Positions 38,001-50,181 of a stretch of 64,000 bases of DNA are shown here, in pieces. The notes beneath the pieces were generated by a model that saw nothing but the letters and a program-made list of their open reading frames with translations, was not told the origin of the DNA and made no database searches. The stretch lies in contig OZ316895.1 of NCBI GenBank assembly GCA_973895155.1, positions 6,564,136 through 6,628,135 on the forward strand, read 5' to 3'. Positions within the stretch are counted from its first letter, which is position 1; every line of letters starts with the position of its first letter. The stretch comes from Marsupella aquatica (taxonomy: Eukaryota > Plantae > Marchantiophyta). The position numbers were made by a program, and so were the translations under genes.

Positions 38001-41000
38001 AGTCTGATTCTCAACTTGGGCTTTCCACTCCTTAAAAGTGGCAAAAACATCAGACTTACTGTGTCGAAAGTATATCCACACATACCTTGAGTAATCGTCT
38101 ATGAACGTGACATAGTATTTAACCGTCCAGAATGTGAGGGAGTAGGGGCTGGACCCCACACATCACTATGTACATACTCAAGTACCTCCTTGCTAGTGTG
38201 AGTTCCAACTCCGAAGGGTTTTCTGTGCTGCTTCCCAAGCACACAGTGCTCACAAAATTTCAACTTACAAGATTGCAAATTAGAAAGTAATCCTTTCTTT
38301 TGAAGAATAACTTAACCTTTTTCACTCATGTGGCCCAAACGGAAGTGCCACAGCCGGGCCGTCTCCTCAGGAGATAAGGTTACATTGGCTTCATCACAAA
38401 CAACACTGCCCTCCAAAATGTATAGATTGCTATGTCTCTTTCCCTTCAATACAACTTTAGTACCAGTTGAAACCTGAAGGACACCATTAGGAGAACTCCA
38501 CTGATGGCCATTTGCTTCTAAAACTCCAAGTGAAATGAGATTTTTCATCATGCTAGGAATATATCTCACATTCCTTAACATTCTCACAACACCATCAAAC
38601 ATATGAAATCTTACAGATCCAAGTCCAACAACTTGACATGGGATTCCATTTCCCATCAACACTGACCCGTTGGAAACCGTGTAAAAACTGAAAAAATCTC
38701 TCCTAGAGCAAATGTGAAAAGTACATGCACTATCTAGAATCCAATCATCACTACCTGGATTTGACACTACGTTGAGAGCATAACCTTGACATCACAATAT
38801 GTCATCATCATCGAGTAAATCTACCTCATACGAGCTCGATCCCGCGTTAGCAGAGGCAGTAGGGACCTTTACTCGACAATCCCTTTTCATGTGGCCAAGC
38901 TTGCCATAATTTCAACATGCAAGAGGCTTCCTCTCTTGCAATTTCCCTCTGGATTTAGATCTCCCCCGTGATGTAGATCTAAACCTGTTCTGCCCATTCA
39001 TGCGCTGCCCTGTTCTTCCCCTATTCATATTCAGTGTAGTGCCAGAAGAAGATGTTGTCTATGATTGACCCAGCTTCTTCTGAGCATCATCAGACAACAA
39101 GGAGCTCACCACCTCATTATACAAAATGGACTTCAGATCTCTATACAAGAGCACCTATTTCAAGCCTTGATATGACGGCGGTAAAGAGCTTAGCAGAAGC
39201 AAGGCCTTATCCTCATCTTCAACTCTTTTTTCCAAGTTTGACAGATCCATCGCTAGACTGTCAAACTCATCCAGGTGATCCTGCATCTTGCTCCCTTCCT
39301 TGAGCCTGAGGCTCATGAAGAGAGACTTCTTGTACAACCGGTCTGACGCATCTTCCCGGTAGTACTTCTCTCTAAGAGCCTTGAACAGTGACGCGCAATT
39401 TGCATAATCATCTAGCTGCTTAATGATGTGCGGCTTGAGATATAGCATCACTGCATTGACAGCAATCACCTGCTCCTGTCTCCATTGTCTCACAAAAATC
39501 TCCTCCTCTCCATCATACAGCTCTTGTGATGAAAGCAGATGAGCTAAGCCCATGGCCCGTAGAACACCCTTCACTTGCTTCTCCCAAAGCAAGTAATCAG
39601 TATGACTATCGTACTTCTCCACCTCAAACTTAACTCCTCCAAATCTAGCCATCTTCCTCTTCTTTCCAACTACCGACAGCTCTGGTAGTAACACAGCTTC
39701 CTCCACTGCACGCCTCACTGGTGATCGTACCGGTGATACTAGTTCCTCCTCAAACGGTAGCAGCTCCTCCTCAGACTCTTCGTCTGACCGTCACGATCCT
39801 GAAGCTTCACCGATGCCAATTCTTCTAGTATCCTCCGAGTCACTCATATGAAATAATCATGAAAAAACGTCTTTTTTCAAAACTTCTCACAAAACTCAAA
39901 ACTCAACACCGCCGCGTAGCCCACAAAGCTAGGAGTCCAATACTGAAAGCCGAAATCAAAATCAAAATTCGACAAAAAAGTTATTCAAATTTTGGTCAGG
40001 GTGGGTAAAACCTTGGGAAACTCCCCCATTTTGACCACCTCGGAGAATAACCAAAATACCCAGTACAACCCGTCGTCGGAATCACAATGTGATCGGTGCG
40101 CCGCGTTGCTAACTCTAGTGGCAACGTGCTCGCCGAAAAAGAACAAAAAAAGTTACCATTCGGCGGACGGAATCTTCGTCGAACGGAATCTTTGTTAGAC
40201 GGCCAAAAAACAGCTCTCCGTTTTTTGGGAATATTCCCGCACAGTCCGATAGGTCTCAGAGGGGGCCATTTCCCCTATCGGAGCAGTTAAAACGGAGGGC
40301 GGCAGGTCTTGGCATCAGCTAAGCCCCTTAAAACAGAAAAATACAAGTGTATAAAAAAAGGTGCATCCGCGTCGCCTATATGCGAGGACAGGGTATCAAG
40401 GCAGGCGAGTACAAAGGAAATAAGCAAGGGTGGGGCAAAAAAGAAAAAACGGTCGGCAGCTCCCAAGGGTCACGTAAGGGCAAGGAGGAGGGCGCGGGGG
40501 TTCCCTCGGGGGCTCATAGGGGCACCAAGCGGGGTCGGGCCCCAAAGGGGGGCGACCGGGGCTGTTGCCTGCCGTTGCAAGGCAGTGCAGGGTGCGAGGC
40601 TTGGCCCGGGCGCATAATGGCGAGGGACGAGGAGGGGGCGACAGCAAATGCGCCGGCCGGCGCTGCGTAAGTTGCCGCTGCGGCACAAAAGATGGTGTGC
40701 GAGGGGGGGGCGAATATTGGTATGCGGGAGGGGAGAACGCCAGTACGAGGTGTATACACCTCGTAAATACCCTCAAAGGGGCCCAAATCACCCCCTTAAA
40801 ATGAAAAATCAGCTTAAAACCAAAAAAGCCGATTACTCACATAAAAAGCCGCTCTTTCTCACGAGAAAAGTGAACGCCGCTGACGAGAAAAGTTGCCGAA
40901 TTGTACCGGCATAGTCTGCAGCTCTAGCAGAGAAAAAACCTTCCGCCGTGTCGCCTTCACTCCGCGTCAAGTGCCAAACCCAGGCTCAAAATGACCACCT

Positions 41001-41846
41001 TGCCGCGATCAAACCGTTGAGCCGTGGCACTTCGCGTTTCTTCCACCAAGTCGGACGTCACGAAGAGAAACCCGGTTCAGATGTGAACAAGCTCCATAGC
41101 TTGTGTAAAAACCTGAACGCCTCCGTCACTCGTCACGTCGCACTCGGTAACAACTCGATAGCAACTTAACTACTGAAATGACCAGCTCGCTTCAACCTTC
41201 AACTTGAGCTATAATGTGTGATCTCCCAAACACCGCACAACTCACACTATTGAAAAAATGCAAACCCTGGTCTCTCCCCCGAAATACCGTCGAACACGAA
41301 TAAACCCTGAACGACGCAAACTTCAATTCCTCCACACCACGGATACCGATCAGTGAGTTCTAACCACCGTTAGAAAGCCCTCTCACTAACCTATCCGCTC
41401 AGCCACACACATTCGAGTTTCATGCGACAAAACTCTGAATGTGCCACCGACAATGAACGCTGGAAAAACCTGTCACGAAAAAACCTCATCACCTCCCAGG
41501 CATGCTTTGATACCACTTGTTGAGCATAGACGACATTCGTAACGGCAAGCCCATGAACCATCCAACGCACAATAGTCGACACAGAGAGATACGTGGTTCA
41601 CCTCCACATGAGGCTACGTCCACGGGAACACACAAGAGCTTTACTGCACTCTAGGTCGACCGGCCATACCAAGCATCCACAGCACAAGCTCTCTCTATCT
41701 CTCAACTAGCTCCGTAACAATGAACCTAAGTTCCACCAGGGTCTGGCATCAGCCCTGGCTATATACACAACAGCACTACCGCTAACATTAGCTAAGTCCT
41801 AACTGTGGTTAGCTCATGAGTCACAAGACTAGAGCAATATCTAACA
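35031..41846 (-). mobile_element. Full-length Ty1/Copia LTR retrotransposon (copy 1), defective
   Basis: LTRs at 35031-35372 and 41518-41846 (TG..CA); TSD CACAT (35026-35030, 41847-41851); tRNA-iMet PBS TGGTATCAAAGC next to the 5' LTR; PPT AGGGGGAGTT at 35373-35382; gag-PR-IN-RT-RH domain order. Confidence 0.97.
35569..39847 (-). pseudogene. Copia gag-pol of copy 1 (stops and frameshifts)
   Basis: gag LLLLSSLPPSY, protease WILDSACTFH, integrase YVTFIDDYSR and GYRLWDP, RT QMDVVTAFLYG and IYVDDMLI, RNase H STTEAEYVA and KHIDIRYHF. Confidence 0.95.
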
Positions 41847-42261
41847 CACATGATGTGCCAATTTGTGGAAGTGAAACGCTCGAGCATGTAACATTCCATG
41901 TACTTCATGCTAATGTTACAATAAGCAATGGGTTTTATTACAATCCCTTGCTATTCCTCTATCCATATAATACATGCAAAATGTTACAAAAATCTCAGGG
42001 TTTTGTTAAACCAATGATAATTGGAAATATTTTTCCAATTAGATTGAAAGTTCATGCCCATAGAGGCATGACTATGTGGTAGTTCACTTGAGCTGAGACT
42101 CATAGGTTTAGGGTGGGCTCCCACCAAAAGTTATGTTTTAATGCTTTCCTGTTAAACTCCAAAAACCGCAGGGTCCCGAAGTACTGTTACCGTCCATAGT
42201 TAAAACCGAAATAATCATCTTCTTAACCACAGGTAGTTAGGGTCGTCATTTTGTGAAGTAC

Positions 42262-42540
42262 TTAAACCACACCTGCCCCTATAAAGGGCTACGGGTAACC
42301 CGTAGCTCTCATTCTAAAGAGTACAAGTTCAGAAATGGGCTTTGAGCTCTCATTCTAAAGAGTACAAGTTCAGAAATGGGCTTTGAACTCCACAAAAGGT
42401 GCTAACTGCAAAACCTAATTTTGGCAAGTACTCCACAAAAGGTGCTAGTATTCCACCTTTTATGGTGAGTAGTGAGACATGGAACGAGGCTTTTATAGTG
42501 GCAGGTGTGATTTAACTAGAGGTGTGATTTAACTAGAAAG
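42262..42540. repeat. Small inverted repeat enclosing short tandem duplications (MITE-like relic)
   Basis: TTAAACCACACCTGCCCCTATAAA (42262) and TTTATAGTGGCAGGTGTGATTTAA (ending 42515) form a 24-bp IR with 2 mismatches. A 41-bp tandem duplication lies inside (~42305-42386). Confidence 0.5.
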
Positions 42541-43840
42541 TCAAGTGCTGAAAAACATGGCACTTAACTTTTGTCAATAGTTTCAAAGTTAAAACTGACA
42601 TTTACTCATGACGGGACGTGGTTTGTGACAAATTCGAAGACCTGATGCGGATGTTCCACATCAAGTCTTCCAACATTGTTCTCGAAGAGGACTTGCACTC
42701 ACATGGTAGGAACCTCTTCCTTTTCCATACATGTTGTTTGCACAATTTCCGATTGATCCCAAGTTAAGTACAATTGAGGCTAAGTTATCAGTGGCTCTAC
42801 TCACGGTATATGGTTGTGAATGTTTTTGGTCTATACCGAATGTTGATTTGCTAAACCTAATCGATCAAGCTTTAGCTTTCTGACTTCACCTGCACTATCT
42901 TTCTCCCGGATTAGATACATGCTAGGCATGGAGTACAAGGAAGGAAATCGAGAAGTCATGTATAAGCTTCTTGCGCTTGGTGTCTGTGTGCCTGCTAACA
43001 CTAAACACGTCCAGCTAGACATTCAAGGTCAGGAGAATGATTGTGATGTATCACCTTCATCTCCCCATCCTGGTTAAAGACCTGCTCAATTCTTGAATGA
43101 CGTCTCCTGCTGCCTGCAATTATGTGCATTTGCCTTGTTTCTCTGGACATGTCAAACTCTAAAGGAGACCTTTGTTTAGGACCATCTTTTAATGCCCATC
43201 ACAATCTACATCTGTGGATGGAAGTAAGAGTGCACCTAGTCGTAGAGCTCAAGACACTTACCTATCTGCTATGTACTTCTGAACATTCATTGTAGAAAGA
43301 TCATTGGGAAACATTGTACTTAGGAAATAAGGACAAATTCAGTGCACCTCATGAAATCTCCTGGATTTTATCCCGGTACCGGATCTGATAGTGGATTGTG
43401 ATGTTAACAGAGGAAGCCTAGATCACTCATAAGATGACAAGGAAAGCACTTTGGGTGGATGTAAAACTCCAGCATGGTTTACTCCAGCCAGGGGCGAAGT
43501 TGATTACTCAGTGCAGACTTCAAATGTCATGTTTGTAAATTTTTGCCGACGTGTATTTAGAAAACGTAGTGACAAGCTCCTAATTGCATCGAGGAGTTTA
43601 ACAACGACATATACCCTGTCCTCAGTGAAACTACCCGAGACAAAATACAGATCGTTCAGAATTCCGATCCTCAAGAGGAAGCGAAGACCTCCAGATTTAC
43701 AGACAAACAAAAACTATCACACCAATCCAATAAATCGTCGATATCACAAAATCATCTCCGATCCTCGAGTCTAGAATTCACACCACTGAAGTCAGTGTAG
43801 AAGGGAGTAGGCACATGCATGATGATGATGCCAAAAACGA

Positions 43841-44125
43841 ATTGCTATTTTGAAAGATCATCTACAACGAGGCATTACTATAGACGTACACATATGTAAA
43901 GTTCAGCAAGTGGGCTTGCAACAAAACGACCTTTCCGCAGCCAAGCAAATTCATGATTTCATCATCGAGGATGGAATGGATAAGAATACATGTGACAATC
44001 ATGCTCATGAATGTATATATCAAATACAGACAAGTGTTGGATGCACGAAGAATTTTTTATCCATCTGTTTAGCAACATCACGGCACAGCGCGAGCTGCAA
44101 TATGGTGGACGGGTACCAAAGGAGG
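43841..44125 (+). pseudogene. N-terminal fragment of a PLS-class PPR protein
   Basis: IAILKDHLQRGITIDVHI..LQQNDLSAAKQIHDFIIEDGMDKN, then a frameshift to MLMNVYIKYRQVLDARRIF (44001), then a decayed SWNAMI.GY-like SCNMVDGY. This is the L-S-P motif order of moss PLS/DYW PPR N-termini. Confidence 0.75.
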
Positions 44126-45253
44126 TAGTAGGCGGAAAATAGGGCAGTAATCACAGCATTGGCCGTAAATTTTCCAAGATTTTTCACCCTCGGTCAAAAC
44201 AGCCAAGAAGTTTGCTCTTGGATTATGAAGCCAATTGGGCGCAAAAACGCTTTGTAACTAGTTAACTTTTGCTAACTTATATATATACGGTGGTTCGTGA
44301 CTCTAGTTACCCTTAACTTTTGGTGGGACTGCACCCTTAGAATTCAAATGTTGTAGTTAACTATTCTCTTTCTGTGTGATTTCACAGATTTACTCTTTAA
44401 AAAATGGTTAATTTTTTTTTTAAAGATAGAAAGTTCATGCATTTTATTGGAAAACATTGATATATCAGTCACAACTCATCCACAAAGTTATTTTCTTTTA
44501 CCCCTTTGTTTTTTATTTGAAGGGTTACTTTTCAATTCAGTCTTATTGTTTTTAATTAGTGTTACCATTCTAACCATTCTTCTTTGCATTGCCACAAACA
44601 TGAAATGTTAGGTTTCAATTGGTTCTTCTTGCACAACCAGCCTTTCTTGTTTGTGACTAGTAGCACTCGTTGATGACAGCACATGCTTCCAGGTATTTTG
44701 GAAGGAGCTTCCTGTACGTGGGGTTCTGTAATTATTATTAGGGTGCTCAAACCAGCTATTCCGCAGAGGTTTCAAATGACCAGAATGCTGTAGACCGGTT
44801 CACAGGTCTTGAATCTGTGCTTCCCAAGAAATGGCCGGTCACTGGTCAATTCTGCAAGCTCCTCAAGTTCACACTGGCGGGGTTCACTACCGGGGGAAGA
44901 ACCTAGGCTGGTTGCCCGCATCAAAAGAAGTCTTGCTACTTTCCCGGCTACTTTAGGCAATGGCAGGTTAGAGCATCTCCACCAGTTTAGCGGCATGTGA
45001 CCGCTATCGGCAAATTTTGCCAGGCGATTTGCGGGCCCCATAGTTTAGGGGCCAACTTTAAATTAGGGAATTCCCCACCGGCACCCCCCAAACATGGGCC
45101 CGCATTTTTGTGCCGACGTTCGTCCCAAGTAAAAAATCACCAAGAAACATCGGGTTTGTGTTTCTCGACTCATCAAGTCTCATGTATTGAAGAGAGGCGC
45201 TTGGAGATTGCGCACATTCATAAACACAGGTTCTTGATTTCATTTCTATAGCC

Positions 45254-46568
45254 ATGGCTGCCACAATTTCATGGAGGGACAACTTGTTGAAGATGATAGA
45301 GGAAGACAAGGAAGTTTGGGAGGAAGAGGCAAAGTTTCTGGGGGCAGATTTTGTTCACAGGACAATTGTCAATTCAATCCATCATACAAGGAGCATCAAG
45401 AAAGAGAAAGCACGGAGGGTCCAAGCCAGGCAAAGCTCCAAATGTGGACAGGAGGAGAGGCAAAGGTGCAGAGGATCTATGGAATGACTACTTCTCGGAA
45501 AATCCTACATATGATGAGCTGAAATTCAGAAGGAGGTATCGTATGAGTTCTAGGTTATTCAATAAGATTCTCCTAGCAGTGTGTGCACATGACAGCTATT
45601 TTCAATTGAAATTTGATGCAACAGGAAAGCCTGGTCTTTCTCCTCATCAAAAAATCACTGCAGCTCTCAGACAACTGGCATATGGTATAGGGGCAGATGC
45701 AATAGATGAATACTGTAGAATTGCTGAAACCACAACTTTGGAGTCTCTATACAGGTTTGTCAAGGCAATCAGACAATTGTATGAACCAGTATATTTGAGG
45801 AAGCCAACAGGGGAGGACTGGAAGAAGAATCTTGCCATAAATGAACAAAGAGGGTTTCCTGGGATGTTTGGGTCCTTGGATTGCATGCATTGGGAGTGGA
45901 AAAATTGCCCTGTAGCTTGGCAGGGTCAATACCAAGACAAGGACAAAACAAAATCCCTGATTTTAGAGGCAATTGCAGATCAGGAGTTGTGGATTTGGCA
46001 CGCTTTTTTTGGGCTGGCTGGAGGGAACAATGACATCAATGTTCTAGACAGATCCCCACTCTTGAATGAGTGGTTGGCAAATGAGTCTACCAAGGTCTCA
46101 TTTCAGGTCAATGGAGTACAATACAATCAAGCATATTTGTTGGGGGATGGTATTTACCCTGAATGGTCTATGTTCATTTCAACTGTGCATGTACCATAGT
46201 CTGAAAAATTGAGGCACTTTGCAAAATGCCAGGAAGGTGCTAGGAAAGATGTAGAGAGGGCTTTTGGAGTTTTGCAAGCCAAATTAGAAATTGTAAAAAG
46301 ACCTGCACGGTCTTGGTTTGTGGCTAACCTCACAAACATTTTAATGGCATGTGTCATCTTGTATAACATGATCCTGGAGGATGAGAGAGAAGAGAACTTC
46401 ACTCCATACTTGATGATTTGTACACCACCAGTGAGAAGAGGGTTGATGCCATGGTTGCAATTCTTGGAAGCTACCACGCAAATTCATGACAAAGGCTCTC
46501 ATTTCAAGCTCAGGAATGACCTTGTGGACCATTTATGGAATACAAAGGGTGCAGGCTATGGAAATTAG
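45254..46568 (+). pseudogene. PIF/Harbinger DDE transposase (frameshift or intron near 45390; in-frame TAG 46197-46199)
   Basis: FRRRYRMS..LF, GFPGMFGSLDCMHWEWKNCPVAWQGQY, WIWHAFFG..NNDINVLDRSP, YLLGDGIYP, RKDVERAFGVLQ. Confidence 0.93.
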
Positions 46569-46852
46569 CAACTGGGTGAGTTTTAACATACACTCCATGC
46601 TTATTTTGAAATATGACGCGTTGTACAATTTGTACAACTTCCTTGCACGCTTCATTCAGTTTCATGTTACTTCATGCAGGCCAGTCATGTGCAATGGGAT
46701 GTGCAACCTTGCGAGGCTCTCGAGGTTGGACCTTGTCACCCTGATTCCTCATTGTTTTGCACTGAGGTTATTGGGCATTTCAGCTTGCCAAGCTCGCACT
46801 CTCGTCAACTTCCATAGCTTGCTCATTTGCATTGTTCGATTCTGCAGCCAGC

Positions 46853-47224
46853 ATGCCTCCCACCAAGAAATCATGGAAGGGTAAAGCAAAAGCTGTAGTG
46901 GAGAAGGAGAATGATAAGAGCAAAGAGCTCACATTGTGGGACTCTGATGACGACAGGATGGAGGTGCGCTTCAAGCACCTGGCTTTGCTGATTTTGAGGT
47001 CCAGGAATGGCCTTGATGCAAACAACCATGAAATTGAGGAGCCAAAGAATGGCTCAGCTGTGGGGGACACAAAGGGTGGCTCATCTGTTGGCGAGGTGAA
47101 GAAGGGCTTGGCTGTGGCGGATTCCAAGAAGGAATCGACTGATGCGCAGAAGGCCAACACTGCTGGGGTTCAGCCAAAGTCCGACTCTGAGGATGAGTAT
47201 GGTGGGGGTTGGGATTGGTATTAG
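46853..47224 (+). CDS. Extra 123-aa ORF inside the Harbinger, function unknown
   Basis: Open ATG-to-TAG frame with protein-like composition: basic N-terminus MPPTKKSWKGKAK and acidic/aromatic tail DSEDEYGGGWDWY. A TGCAG just upstream could instead be a splice acceptor. Confidence 0.5.
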   Translation: MPPTKKSWKGKAKAVVEKENDKSKELTLWDSDDDRMEVRFKHLALLILRSRNGLDANNHEIEEPKNGSAVGDTKGGSSVGEVKKGLAVADSKKESTDAQKANTAGVQPKSDSEDEYGGGWDWY

Positions 47225-47681
47225 GTTTTAGGGCAGCCCTGAGTTCAATACATGATCGAGGTCTCATGCCATGGATTTGAAGCAAGGTTTCTTTTATTTT
47301 TAGGTTGAACCCTAATTTTGAATAGCTCTAGTGTGCTACCCACAAATTTATTTGGGATTGCACGTTTTGGTCCTTGAAAGGGCTTGTAATTCTCAATGTC
47401 ATGAGCTTTTTGGCCTGACAATTGATGAGAATGGAATTTTGAATCATATGAACAACTGTCTGTTCTTTGGCCCTTTTGTTTGCCACTCGATGATTTTCTG
47501 AATGTGGACTGAAATGAAACAGCATGTATTGAATTGGATCTGTATGAATTGACTGTCATGATATTGAAAGAAAGACTCGCCATCTGCACAATGTTGAATT
47601 GCAAGAAACACCAATTTGATTTGTCATACAAGAAAAAAACCTGAATGAAGGCCAATTTTATTTATGTCGTACATACTGATT

Positions 47682-48692
47682 TTACAAAGCTGGTTGTGGT
47701 CCTACAAATGGATCCACTTCCTGTGCAAGCCATGCTACTTCTAGATCGTCTGAAGGGTCCTCGGTGGGCACTGGAGTTGGAGGTGGTGATTGGGGCATAG
47801 GTGTCTCCACTCGAATTGGAGGTGGAACATTGAAATTGTTGGGAGGCATGGAAGATGGCCCAACAGTGTGTGCAAATGAAGCATTTTGCTGGGACACCCT
47901 CTGAATCAATTTCACAGATTCAACCAATTTCCAATCTTCCCATAGCTTGCGCATTTCTGGGCTCATGTGCTCTGTAGGTAGCGAAAGCATGGCCAGAGTT
48001 GAATTGTTCTGGTATGCAAGGGATCGCATAGTATTGGCAGCTGCCATTTCCTTTTGAGCCAAAGCTGACATCTTCAAGGCATCGTCCTGGCTTTTCAATC
48101 TCTTCAGCTGCTCCTTTGCAGCCCGATTTCCAGAAGGCCTTTTTTTGCTGGATCCTTGATTGGACTCTGTCTCATCTCCATTTTCGCCTGGCGAATTATC
48201 AGAATCAAGCTCGACGACCTCTGGAGTGGGACTGTCATTGTAGGGCAGATTTCTGTCCGGTCTCTTGGCCTTCCCTTTTGGCATGTCGTTCTCTGGACTC
48301 ATAAACCTTGGGCAATCCCTTAGAATATAATAGCAACAATCAAAAGCAAAGCTTTTGTTCTTAGGATGATTCTCCTTGTACAGCTCCTTGGCAAATTTCA
48401 AGGTGTCTTCGACATTGGTTCCTGAAACCTGTCTGCTATCAACTTGCTGGTACGCTCCTATAAATTTCTGGACATCGTGCTTGATGTCTGACCACTTGCC
48501 TTCGAGTGATTTCTTGCCCCTCGTCTCGAATTCCCGACCCTTGTTTTTATGATAATGCTCTGCTACTCGATCCCAAAATTTCTCAGCTCTCTGGCCAATT
48601 CCAACGACGGGATCTTGTGAAACATGGAGCACGCTGTAGCACAGTTGCTTCAACTCGCTTTCACTATAATTTTTCCCCCGAGTGCTAGCCAT
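47682..48692 (-). CDS. Harbinger Myb/SANT-like (NAM-associated type) DNA-binding protein, 336 aa, intact
   Basis: MASTRGKNYSESELKQLCYSVLHVSQDPVVGIGQRAEKFWDRV..SLEGKWSDIKHDVQKF..F.FDCCYYILRDCPRF..KRPSGNRAAK, typical of plant PIF ORF1. Confidence 0.9.
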   Translation of the reverse strand: MASTRGKNYSESELKQLCYSVLHVSQDPVVGIGQRAEKFWDRVAEHYHKNKGREFETRGKKSLEGKWSDIKHDVQKFIGAYQQVDSRQVSGTNVEDTLKFAKELYKENHPKNKSFAFDCCYYILRDCPRFMSPENDMPKGKAKRPDRNLPYNDSPTPEVVELDSDNSPGENGDETESNQGSSKKRPSGNRAAKEQLKRLKSQDDALKMSALAQKEMAAANTMRSLAYQNNSTLAMLSLPTEHMSPEMRKLWEDWKLVESVKLIQRVSQQNASFAHTVGPSSMPPNNFNVPPPIRVETPMPQSPPPTPVPTEDPSDDLEVAWLAQEVDPFVGPQPAL

Positions 48693-50181
48693 GATTCTTC
48701 TATGTTGATCCTGCTGGACACGAGATTCGTGCAATAGTGCTTTTGCACGAGGATTTGCAGTTTCGCACGACAAATGCCAGTCCACCGCGGGAAAGTGACA
48801 GAGCGGGAAGTCTTTGCCACCCACCCTACGATGGCAACGCGTGTAGCAATCTCCATCGTTGATTCATTTGGGTCTCGATTTGGAGGTTCCAGGCCCCGAC
48901 CGCCAACGCGACCACATCTGGCGGTCGCGGTCAGCAACTTGAGGGGACACCGTAAATGAAATGGAGGTTGCGGGGTAGCGGGGGAGTGTGTATCCGGAAA
49001 ACCAAGCCGCTATTTCCCAGGAATGGAGGTTACGGGGCTGTTTGCAGGTCCCAATGGAGATGCTCTTAGTTTACCAGTTACCAGTGGAAGTGCTCTGACT
49101 TACAGTATTAGGGCATGTCAAGCTTGGGATTTGTGAGAAAAACCACAGCTTCAAATGAAGTCTCTGGTACGGACTGGTCAAGAACACCTGCTGAAATGTT
49201 GCTTGACTTAATATCAAACCCGAGATCAAACCTGCACTATGAAAAACAACAACCATTGATCTGTGCACAGGTGGACTGTGTGTGCAGCTTGCTGGGCTCA
49301 TGTCTTTGTTACATCTCATCAGATTCAAGTAGCTACTATGACTTGTGAACCACTCAACTTTAGAACGAGCTATGGTGGACTTTCTAGTGTTGAGCATTCA
49401 CTGAGAAATGTAATTGGTCAAAAAACAACCACTGGAAATTAACTTGGTGAGAGCAAGCTAACTTGACAAACCATTTTTTTACTAACTTTGAAAAACAAAA
49501 GTGAGCAAGGACTCAATAACAAGTCCTCGTCCCAGTCCCCCCCCCCCCCCTTTCGGCACTTGGCTTACTAAATAATTCATAAAGGATGTGCAAACACCAC
49601 AAGGGTAATTTAAATTGATTTTGAACTAAATAATCTTTATTATTATATATCCATAACAAGTAAATTTCATGGGGAATCAAAGAGGAATATTAACAAAAGG
49701 TAAATAGGAGAGGGGCTCTATTCATGACTTCTAAGTTTGACATGCCCTACTAGCTTACACTTGACCATAATTTGGATAATGCCATAGAAACCTTGATAGA
49801 AACCAGGAAGTCAAGCTACAGACAAGTGTGGACCCTTCAAATTGCTCAGCCCTTCCTAAATGCACACCCTATTACTGTGTAGACCCCGATTAGTTGCAAG
49901 GTCTTCCCATACAATCTTTCTTGGACCAGTTTTTAATGTGTATATTAGCAATCTCACTAGATAGCATACTAGGTGCAAAATCCTCATCCAGAAGAGTGTG
50001 CATACTCTTATTCTTGAATTCATGTATCTTATCCCAAATTGTTAATGATAATAATATCAAGATATCCACCAAGTGTTGTCAAGATTATGTATAATTATAT
50101 TATGTATCCAGATATCCCAACCTGGGTGGCAACAGTTCTTTTCCATGTGTGAGATGCAATCCATCCATTCAATGTGAGAAC

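Larger units (their letters stand above)
44971..49065. mobile_element. PIF/Harbinger DNA transposon, complete ends
   Basis: 11-bp TIR GAGCATCTCCA / TGGAGATGCTC; TTA TSD at 44968-44970 and 49066-49068; convergent transposase and Myb/SANT-like ORFs. Confidence 0.96.

Noticed and set aside
40309-40914. Many overlapping ORFs in the GC-rich Copia leaders (also 51073-51870)
   Set aside because: Expected from stop-poor GC-rich DNA, and the peptides are not conserved between the two copies.
42640-43710. Exon-like minus-strand segments with splice-like signals; one peptide faintly like a PPR E domain
   Set aside because: No frame gave a recognisable protein and stops occur in all frames. Cannot be supported without BLASTX.
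41847-50181. The two Copias as a single inverted segmental duplication
   Set aside because: Similarity ends exactly at the LTR termini and the flanks differ (CACAT versus AGAAC), indicating independent insertions.
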